Shown: piece by piece, positions 57,183-64,000 of the stretch
Numbering within the stretch: position 1 is the first letter of the stretch
How the letters are laid out: every line of letters begins with the position of its first letter
Assembly (NCBI GenBank): GCA_963802225.1
Contig: CAWDHZ010000014.1
Coordinates: 4,877 to 68,876 of the forward strand
Length of the DNA: 64,000 bases
From: an uncultured delta proteobacterium
GTDB lineage: Bacteria > Desulfobacterota > Syntrophia > Syntrophales > UBA2192
Direction of reading: 5' to 3'
Notes under the pieces: generated by a model
Seen by the model: only the letters and a program-made list of their open reading frames with translations
What the model was told of the DNA's origin: nothing
Database searches by the model: none
Program-made: the position numbers and the translations under genes

Positions 57183-57217
57183 TTCCCTATACCCTAGACC
57201 CTCTACCCTGGTACCCT
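57183..57217 (-). repeat. Tandem heptamer array giving five G3 tracts on the uppP-sense strand
   Basis: CCC at 57185, 57192, 57199, 57206 and 57214: tccctataccctagaccctctaccctggtaccc, then T6. Confidence 0.7.
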
Positions 57218-57228
57218 TTTTTGCTCGT

Positions 57229-58005
57229 TCACGCCATTTTCAAATGAATCAGAAGGACAACGACCAGGATGATCCGGTAGACGCCGAAGGGGATGAAGGT
57301 GTGCGTCTGGATGAAGCGAAGCAGGAACTTGATGCTCAGCAGGGCGACGATGAAGGCGGTGACGAAGCCGGCAATCAGGAACTCGACCTGGGGAAGGGTC
57401 ATTTCCGGTCCCGTCTTGATCAGGTCGTAAACCGTTGCGGCCAGCATGGTCGGCACGGCCAGCAGGAAGGAGAATTCCACGATGGTCTTTCTCTTCAGTC
57501 CCAGAATCAGCCCGCCGATGATGGTGGAGGCCGAGCGGGACACCCCCGGGACCATGGCAATGGACTGGAAAAGGCCGATGATGAGGGCGGTCTTGTAGGA
57601 CATCTGGCGGATCTCGCCGGCTGCACCCTCCTTTTCGCTGTACCAATACTCGAAGGCAATCAGGAACAGGCCCCCGAGAAACAAAGACCAGAGCACGACC
57701 GCCGTCGAGCCCAACAGATAGCTCTTGACCACCCTGTAAAGTGTCAGGCCCAGGACGCCCGTCGGGATGAAGGCGACGGCTACCCGCTTGATGACCTCGA
57801 AATCCACCAGCAGGAGCCGCCAGTACAGAACGACGACAGAAAGGATGGACCCCACCTGGATGGCGATCTCGAAGCTCTTGAGGAATTCCGTGTGCTCGAG
57901 GCCCATGAGATCGGAGGCCAGGATCATGTGCCCCGTCGAGGAGATCGGCAGGAACTCGGAGACGCCCTGAACGATGCCCAGAATAATTGCGGTCAGTAAA
58001 TCCAT
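57229..58005 (-). CDS. uppP: Undecaprenyl-diphosphate phosphatase
   Basis: ORF trimmed to MDLLTAIILGIVQGVSEFLPISSTGH (BacA signature). Confidence 0.9.
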   Translation of the reverse strand: MDLLTAIILGIVQGVSEFLPISSTGHMILASDLMGLEHTEFLKSFEIAIQVGSILSVVVLYWRLLLVDFEVIKRVAVAFIPTGVLGLTLYRVVKSYLLGSTAVVLWSLFLGGLFLIAFEYWYSEKEGAAGEIRQMSYKTALIIGLFQSIAMVPGVSRSASTIIGGLILGLKRKTIVEFSFLLAVPTMLAATVYDLIKTGPEMTLPQVEFLIAGFVTAFIVALLSIKFLLRFIQTHTFIPFGVYRIILVVVLLIHLKMA

Positions 58006-58051
58006 AGGCCCTGCTTCTTTCGGTTCAAACTTACCGCGTTTCGATAACCGT

Positions 58052-58702
58052 CTAGTGCACCGCTGACCCGCGCTTCGCCTGCCGTCTCGCCCGGACCAGC
58101 TCAATGACGCTGGGCAGGACGGACAGGACGATGATGGCGAGGATCACCATGGTGAAGTTCTTCTTCACGAAGGGAAGGTTCCCGACATAGTAACCACCGA
58201 GGATGAAAACGAACATCCAGGTGATCGCCCCGGAGATGTTGAAGGCAAGGAACTTCGGGTACGTCATCTTCGCGATGCCGGCCACGAAGGGTGCGAAGGT
58301 CCGGATGATGGGCAGGAACTTTCCGATAAAGATCGTTTTGCCGCCGTATTTCTCATAGAAATGGTGGGTCCGGTCCAGGTATTCCTGCTTCACCCATTTG
58401 CGCTCCACGATCTTCTGCCCCACAAACCGGCCGATCCAGTAGTTGACGTTGTCGCCAATGATCGCGGCGGAGATAAGCAGAATCAGGGTCGTCTGGAGGT
58501 CGAGGGAACCGCGGGCAGCGACGGTACCCGTCACGAAGAGAAGCGAGTCCCCGGGCAGGAAGGGCGTCACGACGAGGCCCGTCTCGCAAAAGATGATCGC
58601 AAACAGGATGAGATACACCCAGGTCCCGTACGTCTGGATCAGAACGTCCAGGTGCCGGTCGATGTGCAGAACGAAGTCGATGTAGTTGAGGAGGAAGTCC
58701 AT
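58052..58702 (-). CDS. DedA-family membrane protein
   Basis: [19 protein letters not shown]...GRF. is the DedA/SNARE-associated pattern. Confidence 0.85.
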   Translation of the reverse strand: MDFLLNYIDFVLHIDRHLDVLIQTYGTWVYLILFAIIFCETGLVVTPFLPGDSLLFVTGTVAARGSLDLQTTLILLISAAIIGDNVNYWIGRFVGQKIVERKWVKQEYLDRTHHFYEKYGGKTIFIGKFLPIIRTFAPFVAGIAKMTYPKFLAFNISGAITWMFVFILGGYYVGNLPFVKKNFTMVILAIIVLSVLPSVIELVRARRQAKRGSAVH

Positions 58703-58704
58703 GC

Positions 58705-58850
58705 GGGTCTGTTCCGTCTATCCAGTCTGTTCCGTCCGTCCGGTCTCTAACAATTTCTGTGATGGCCAAGTTTTCGACACAGCCTACAAACCATAAGCAA
58801 ATCCGACGCCAACTTCTGACGGGAAAGACGGAAAAGACCGAATAGACGGG
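58705..58850. repeat. MITE-like unit: ~33-bp imperfect inverted repeats built from CCGTCT-type nonamers around a ~70-bp core
   Basis: 58713-58745 tccgtctatccagtctgttccgtccgtccggtc matches the reverse complement of 58818-58850 (cccgtctattcggtcttttccgtctttcccgtc) at 26/33 positions. Confidence 0.6.
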
Positions 58851-58858
58851 ATAAACTC

Positions 58859-59509
58859 TTATTTTATCTTGTCGATATCCGTTTCCTTGCCCACGACGAT
58901 GAGGACCTCGCTGTCCTTGACGACGAAATCGGCCGACGGGACCATGTTGATCTTCTCCGTCAGCATGTCGCGAACGGCGATGACGTCGATGTGGTACTTG
59001 CCGCGAAGCTGGATCTCCGCGAGGGACTTTCCAATGAAGCCGGAAGGAGGCGCGATCTCGCCGATCATGTAACCGTCAGCAAGCGGAATGTAGTCGAGGA
59101 CGTTGGGCGACACGATGCTCTTGGCGATCTTGTCGGCCATGATCTTTTCAGGGATGATGACCTCGGTCGCGCCGACCTTTTCCAGGATCAGCTTGTGCTC
59201 ATCGTTGGGAGCCTTCACGATGATGTTCTTGATCTTCATCTGCTTGAGATGCAGCGTGATCAGGGTGCTCGCGGCAAGGTCCTCCCCGAAAGAAACGACG
59301 ACGATGTCGTCCTCGCGAAGGCCGATCGAGTTCATGAGCTCCTGGTCCGTTCCGTCGGCGACGATGGCCTTGGTCGCGCAGTCTCTCACCTTCTGGACGG
59401 CCTCTTTCGTCTTGTCGATGGCGATCACCTCGACGTCGCTCGCGCAGAGCTCCTTCACGAGGTTGATCCCGAAGATGCCCAGCCCGACCACGACAACTCG
59501 CTTTTTCAT
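58859..59509 (-). CDS. trkA: Trk/Ktr potassium-uptake NAD-binding subunit
   Basis: VVVVGLGIFGINL (Rossmann GxGxxG) plus a TrkA_C domain. Confidence 0.85.
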   Translation of the reverse strand: MKKRVVVVGLGIFGINLVKELCASDVEVIAIDKTKEAVQKVRDCATKAIVADGTDQELMNSIGLREDDIVVVSFGEDLAASTLITLHLKQMKIKNIIVKAPNDEHKLILEKVGATEVIIPEKIMADKIAKSIVSPNVLDYIPLADGYMIGEIAPPSGFIGKSLAEIQLRGKYHIDVIAVRDMLTEKINMVPSADFVVKDSEVLIVVGKETDIDKIK

Positions 59510-59521
59510 GGGAGAGCCTCC

Positions 59522-60895
59522 TTACCCGACCATGACGGTCTCTTCTGCGTAAACCACTCTTTTCTTTCCCTCGCGGTACGAAAGCGAGAACGCCAGTGTC
59601 AGCGGCCCCACCCTGCCCGCAAACATCATGAACGCGATAAGCAGCTTCTGGATGTCGGTGAGCTTCGCCGTGACCCCCATGGAGAGACCCACGGTGCCGA
59701 AGGCCGAGACGGTCTCGAAAATGTATTCCACGAACAGCTGGCGCTCCTGGTGCCCCGATTCGACGTGCCCCGCCACCATGACCACAGCGACGATGAAAAA
59801 AACGGAGAGCATCGAGGCAAAGGTGATGGACAGGGTCCGGCCGATCAGCTCCTTAGGCACGGTCCGGTTGGAAACGGTCACCTCTTCGCTGCCGCGCCAG
59901 CGGTTCCACATCATGAGCAGAAGAAGGGCAAAGCTCGTTGTCTTGATCCCGCCCGCCGTCGAGCCGGGCGAGCCCCCGATGAACATGAGGACGATCAGGA
60001 GCAGAATCGTGGCATTGGTCAGCTGGCCGATATCGACGGTATTAAACCCCGCCGTCCGGGGCGTTATGGATTGGAAGAGCGAGACGAGGACCTGCGTAAG
60101 GGGAGAGAGCCCCCGGAGAAGGTATTGCTGCTCAAAGAGCCAGAAGAGAGCCGCCCCGGAGACAATGAGACAGGCAGTGGTGATCAGGACGATCCGGCTG
60201 TGCAGCGACAGCCTGGCATTGCGGTCTTTCAGGCGGGCAAAGACCTCGTGGTGAACGACGAAGCCGATCCCGCCAAGGATGATGAGGGTCAGGACCGTGA
60301 AGTTCAGGAGCAGGTCCCCCTGGTAGCGGGTGAAGCTGTCCGGAAAGAGGGAAAACCCGCAGTTGTTGAAGGCCGAGATGGCATGGAAGACGGCGTAATA
60401 GAGGGCCTTTGACGCAGGGAACTCCTGGGCGAAGCGGATGAAGAGCAGCAGCACGCCCACGGACTCGATGATGAGCGTCGAGAGGATCACCGACTTGAGG
60501 ATGAAGAAAAAATCCCGCCGGGGCGTGTTCAGGAACGTGCTCTGGACGATCTCGTGTCCCTTGAAGGAAATCCCGCGGCCCATCATCCCGAAGAGGAAGG
60601 CCGAGAACGTGATGATGCCGAGCCCCCCGAACTGGAAAAGGCAGATGAGGATCACCTGCCCCGCCGTCGTGAGGTCGGTGCCGACATCCACCGTGGCAAG
60701 CCCCGTCACGCAAACGGCCGATGCCGACATGAAGAGGGCATCCACGAAGCGCAAACCCTTTGTCGAGGCAACGGGGAGCCAGAGCAGAATCGCGCCGGTC
60801 AGGACAAGGCCGGCGAAGCTGAGGATGAAGATCCTCGCAGGGGTAAGGTGTCTCGAGAGGGACCGAGCCGGGCTGTTGGAAAACTTATTCTGCAT
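59522..60895 (-). CDS. trkH: TrkH/KtrB-family potassium transporter membrane subunit
   Basis: 457 aa with four MPM repeats and selectivity-filter glycines (..CVTGL.., ..FNNCGFS.., ..RTAGFN.., ..GTVGLS..). Confidence 0.85.
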   Translation of the reverse strand: MQNKFSNSPARSLSRHLTPARIFILSFAGLVLTGAILLWLPVASTKGLRFVDALFMSASAVCVTGLATVDVGTDLTTAGQVILICLFQFGGLGIITFSAFLFGMMGRGISFKGHEIVQSTFLNTPRRDFFFILKSVILSTLIIESVGVLLLFIRFAQEFPASKALYYAVFHAISAFNNCGFSLFPDSFTRYQGDLLLNFTVLTLIILGGIGFVVHHEVFARLKDRNARLSLHSRIVLITTACLIVSGAALFWLFEQQYLLRGLSPLTQVLVSLFQSITPRTAGFNTVDIGQLTNATILLLIVLMFIGGSPGSTAGGIKTTSFALLLLMMWNRWRGSEEVTVSNRTVPKELIGRTLSITFASMLSVFFIVAVVMVAGHVESGHQERQLFVEYIFETVSAFGTVGLSMGVTAKLTDIQKLLIAFMMFAGRVGPLTLAFSLSYREGKKRVVYAEETVMVG

Positions 60896-61040
60896 AAGGG
60901 AGCATAAAAAAACACGCCTTCATCGCGAATCAAGGAAGAAGGCGCTGTCATTTCGGCTGTTTATACGCCAGCCTGCTCCCGCCGTCAACTGAATATTTTC
61001 GTCCCGTCAGCCCGGTGTCCGTCCCCGGGGGTGCTGTCTG

Positions 61041-62474
61041 TTACAGAACGGCCGGGGGGAGAACGGCGAGGATTCCCCGCAGGATCTCCCCCGGGAGGAT
61101 TCCCGCCAGGAGAGTCAGAACGGCCACCGTGCCGATTACGCCCGCCAGAAGCGGCAGGCCCGCGCGGATCTCCAGACATCCCGCGTCGTCGCGCATGTAC
61201 ATGGCCACAACGATTCGCAGATAATAATAGAGGGAGACGACGGTCATCACGATGGCCACGAGGATCACGGGCAGGTATCCCGCCTCGATGCCGGCCTTGA
61301 AGAGATAGAGCTTGGCGAAGAACCCGCCCGTGGGCGGAAGCCCCGCGAGCGACACCATGAAGACCGCGACGGCAAAGGCGAAGAGCGGCTGGCGCGCGGC
61401 AAGGCCGGAGAGGTCCTCGATCTGCAGGCGCCCGCCCTCGCGCCGGCACAGGGCCACGGCAGCAGCAAAGGCCCCCAGGTTCATGAAGATGTACACCAGG
61501 AGGTAGAAGGAAAGGGCCGCCCGGCCTTCCCCGGGCAGGGCCAGAAGCCCGATCAGCATATACCCCGCCTGGGCGATGCCCGAGTAGGCAAGCATCCGGA
61601 CAAACCCGGCTTGCCGCAGTGCGGCGAGATTTCCGACGATCATGCTGGCCACGGACATGACCAGGACAGCCTGCGTGAGAGAATCCGACCCGGGACCGGT
61701 CACGTCAAGACCGATGCGCACCAGGACGGCGAAGGCGGCGATCTTGGGCGCCACGGAGATGTAGGCGGCCACCGGAACCGGCGCCCCCTCGTAGGCATCG
61801 GGGGCCCACATGTGGAAGGGGACGGCGGCGATCTTGAAGCCGACGCCCACGGTCACAAGAGCCAGCCCCGCGAAGAGCAGGGCCGGCGATGAAAGGGACC
61901 GCGGGACCGCCCCGAGCCCCGTGGTCCCCGTCGCACCATAATAGAAGGCAAGCCCCAGCAGAAAGAGGGCCGACGAGAAACTGCCCAGGAGGAAGTACTT
62001 CACGGCACCCTCCATCCCGTCACGGGCCGTCCTGTCGAAGGCCACGAGGATGTAAAGGGGCAGCGCCAGGATCTCGAGACCCAGGAAGACAACAAGGAGA
62101 TCCCGGCCGGCGGCCATGATGTGCATGCCGATCAGGGCGAAGAGAGCCAGTGCGTAGAACTCCCCTCCCCGTTGACCCCTGACATCTCCATCCCGGGAAA
62201 GGAAGATGGCCACAAGGGCCGCCAGATCCATGAGAGCCAGGAAGAGAAGGGTTCCGCCGTCCTTCACGATGAGGCCGTCGAAGCCCTCCATGCCGACTCC
62301 CCGGAACAGGATGGGAGTCGTCAACAGGGAGGCGATAACGGCCGCGGCGGCGCATGAGGCGGCCGTCCGGCGGCCGTCCTTGCCGGAAAGAAAAAGTGTT
62401 GCCGTCGCCGCCGCAAGCAGGAGGATCTCGGGCAGGAGGCTGACGAGGTTAACGTTCGGAATGCTGAAGGCCAT
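61041..62474 (-). CDS. nuoN: NADH-quinone oxidoreductase subunit N
   Basis: 477 aa, antiporter-like ...FHMWAPDAYEGAP.... It overlaps the nuoM stop by 26 nt. Confidence 0.9.
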   Translation of the reverse strand: MAFSIPNVNLVSLLPEILLLAAATATLFLSGKDGRRTAASCAAAAVIASLLTTPILFRGVGMEGFDGLIVKDGGTLLFLALMDLAALVAIFLSRDGDVRGQRGGEFYALALFALIGMHIMAAGRDLLVVFLGLEILALPLYILVAFDRTARDGMEGAVKYFLLGSFSSALFLLGLAFYYGATGTTGLGAVPRSLSSPALLFAGLALVTVGVGFKIAAVPFHMWAPDAYEGAPVPVAAYISVAPKIAAFAVLVRIGLDVTGPGSDSLTQAVLVMSVASMIVGNLAALRQAGFVRMLAYSGIAQAGYMLIGLLALPGEGRAALSFYLLVYIFMNLGAFAAAVALCRREGGRLQIEDLSGLAARQPLFAFAVAVFMVSLAGLPPTGGFFAKLYLFKAGIEAGYLPVILVAIVMTVVSLYYYLRIVVAMYMRDDAGCLEIRAGLPLLAGVIGTVAVLTLLAGILPGEILRGILAVLPPAVL

Positions 62475-64000
62475 GGGTTACTTCCTCCATCAGGAATTTC
62501 GCATCCGTTGCCGCCTGGGCCTCGCGTGCGGGGGCCGGCGCCGAGACGGCGATGATCTCGCGGGCCGCCGGCTCCAGGCGGTCCGTCAGGGCGGCCGGGA
62601 AGAGGCCGATGAGAAACATGAGGAGCACCATGGGCGTCATGACGATCTTTTCGCGCAGCGAGAAGTCCCCAAAGCCGGTTTTTTCGGGCGAGCGGTCTTT
62701 CTCGAACAGGACCCGCTGCGTCATCCACAGCAGGTAGACGGCCCCCAGGACAACGGAGGTCGCGGCCAGGGCCCCTAGCCACCAGGCGAACTGAAAACTC
62801 CCCATGAGCAGCAGGAACTCACCCACGAAGCCGTTGAGCCCCGGCAGGCCCACGGAGGACAGCATGGTGATCACGAAAAAGGTTGCCAGCACGGGCGTGC
62901 GCCCCGCAAGCCCCCCCAGCCGGTTGAGATTGCGCGTCTTCTTGCGTTCGTAGAGGGCGCCCACCAGGATAAAGAGCGCCCCCGTGCTGAGGCCATGGTT
63001 GAGCATCTGGACGATGCCCCCTTTGAGGCCCGCCAGGTTGAGGCAGAAGATGCCCACGACGATGAGTCCCATGTGGCTCACACTGGAGTAGGCCACGAGC
63101 CTTTTCAGATCCTCCTGGGCGAAGGCCAGAAGCGCCCCGTAGATCACCCCGATGAGCCCCAGGGTCATGATGGCGGGGGTGAAAAAGGCCGTCGCCTCGG
63201 GGAAGAGGGGGAAGCAGAAGCGCAGGATGCCGTAGACGCCCATCTTGAGGAGCACCCCCGCGAGGATGACGCTTCCCGCCGTGGGGGCCTCCACGTGGGC
63301 ATCGGGCAGCCAGGTGTGAAGAGGGAAAAGGGGCACCTTGACGGCAAAGGCCAGGAAGAAGAAGGCAAAGAGCCAGTACTGGTGCGATGCGGGAACCCGG
63401 AAGGCCATCCAGCGGGTGAGATCGAAGCTGAAGGCGCCGCCCTGCGACTGGGCGAGGAAGGCCATGACGATGAGACCCACCAGCAGAAAGAGGCTCCCCG
63501 CCACGGTGTAGAGGATGAACTTGAGAGCCGCATAGCGCCGGTTCTCGCCTCCCCAGATCCCGATGATGAGGAACATGGGGATCAGCATGGCCTCCCAGAA
63601 GACATAGAAGAGGATCGCGTCCAGGGCGGCGAAGACCCCCAGCATCCCCGCCTCCAGGACGAGGAAGGAGACGAAGTAGGCCTTCACTTTCTGCCCGACG
63701 GCGTTCCACGACACGAGAACGGCCGCCAGGGAAAGAAAGCCCGTCAGCGGCATGAGGAAGAGCGAAAGCCCGTCGATGCCCAGGTGCCAGGAGATTCCCA
63801 GCGCCCCGACCCAGGGGTGATGCTCGACGAACTGGAACCCCGGCTGGCCCGTCCGGAAAAGATAAAGGGGCACAAGCGTCACGAGAAAGGTCAGCAGCGC
63901 GGCGGCGAGCGCGGCGACGCGGGCCCACCGCTCCGCCAGCAGGAGCACCAGGACGCTTCCCGCCAGGGGAAGGACGATCAGGATGGAAAGAAGGGGGAAG
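62449..64000 (-). CDS. nuoM: NADH-quinone oxidoreductase subunit M (5' end beyond the window)
   Basis: ...PLHTWLPDAHVEAPTAGSVILAG.... The frame stays open to 64000 (FPLLSILIVLPLAGSVLVLLLAERW...), so the track start at 63948 is an internal GTG. Confidence 0.9.
   Translation of the reverse strand, partial: FPLLSILIVLPLAGSVLVLLLAERWARVAALAAALLTFLVTLVPLYLFRTGQPGFQFVEHHPWVGALGISWHLGIDGLSLFLMPLTGFLSLAAVLVSWNAVGQKVKAYFVSFLVLEAGMLGVFAALDAILFYVFWEAMLIPMFLIIGIWGGENRRYAALKFILYTVAGSLFLLVGLIVMAFLAQSQGGAFSFDLTRWMAFRVPASHQYWLFAFFFLAFAVKVPLFPLHTWLPDAHVEAPTAGSVILAGVLLKMGVYGILRFCFPLFPEATAFFTPAIMTLGLIGVIYGALLAFAQEDLKRLVAYSSVSHMGLIVVGIFCLNLAGLKGGIVQMLNHGLSTGALFILVGALYERKKTRNLNRLGGLAGRTPVLATFFVITMLSSVGLPGLNGFVGEFLLLMGSFQFAWWLGALAATSVVLGAVYLLWMTQRVLFEKDRSPEKTGFGDFSLREKIVMTPMVLLMFLIGLFPAALTDRLEPAAREIIAVSAPAPAREAQAATDAKFLMEEVTHGLQHSER

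Noticed and set aside
58991-60412. 473-aa plus-strand ORF
   Set aside because: It is antisense to trkA and trkH. The translation is Asp/Arg/Gly-rich without motifs.

Overview
64-kb chromosomal window from a GC-rich Gram-negative, anaerobe-type bacterium. A Desulfobacterota/'deltaproteobacterial' origin is only my inference from gene content: selA, TAXI-TRAP, Nuo, Trk/Ktr, and trehalose plus glucosylglycerate genes. No database search was possible; calls rest on motifs I recognise in the supplied translations and on hand reading of the DNA. ORF-track coordinates include the stop codon and allow GTG/TTG starts, and I trimmed many 5' ends to the start with the best RBS. Layout: (1) 1-6.4 kb holds nusA (partial), rimP, a tartrate-dehydrogenase-type enzyme and a tightly packed minus-strand operon of CapA, Asp/Glu racemase, ATP-grasp ligase and N-formylglutamate-amidohydrolase-fold amidase. 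(2) 6.4-21.3 kb is a compositionally patchy accessory region; single-line hand counts gave about 42% GC at 7.0 kb against about 60% at 23.0 kb. It holds a split membrane/spermidine-synthase-like gene and two ~40-bp direct repeats carrying the 3' end of tRNA-Gly. Those repeats bracket an orphan AbiEi, a truncated AbiEii, YihY, a phosphoketolase 5' stub and a DUF2254 gene. It also holds a long minus-strand copper/Met-rich envelope operon (CopA P-type ATPase, Met/Gly-rich exported proteins, SHOCT, STAS-like, CBM48), a ClC channel and unknown exported proteins. Within that operon a signal-peptide rhodanese is interrupted by an in-frame TGA in its active-site loop, with a SECIS-like hairpin at the right distance. 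(3) 21.3-35.4 kb is a compatible-solute/glycogen supercluster: MarR, OtsA, OtsB, an unknown coupled ORF, TreT-like synthase, MPGP-type phosphatase, a GT2-like transferase, a GpgS-like synthase, a small alarmone synthetase, GalT, MgtE, GlgA and Usp. (4) A complete tRNA-Gly(CCC) lies at 35835-35909. (5) 36-64 kb is housekeeping: hisD, murA, prmC, prfA, rpmE, rho, pgeF, frameshifted rluD, selA, a HemN-like radical SAM gene, def, a TAXI-TRAP system, an amino-acid ABC system, uppP, dedA, trkAH and nuoNM. Most interesting: the candidate periplasmic C-x-U selenoprotein rhodanese in the copper operon; the CapB-less CapA/racemase/ATP-grasp/FGase operon; the tRNA-fragment-bounded mosaic of gene stubs; and a family of intergenic tandem heptamer/nonamer arrays. 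Some of these arrays form (G3N4)n tracts right after rho and uppP; others supply the stop codon and last codons of rimP and rluD.
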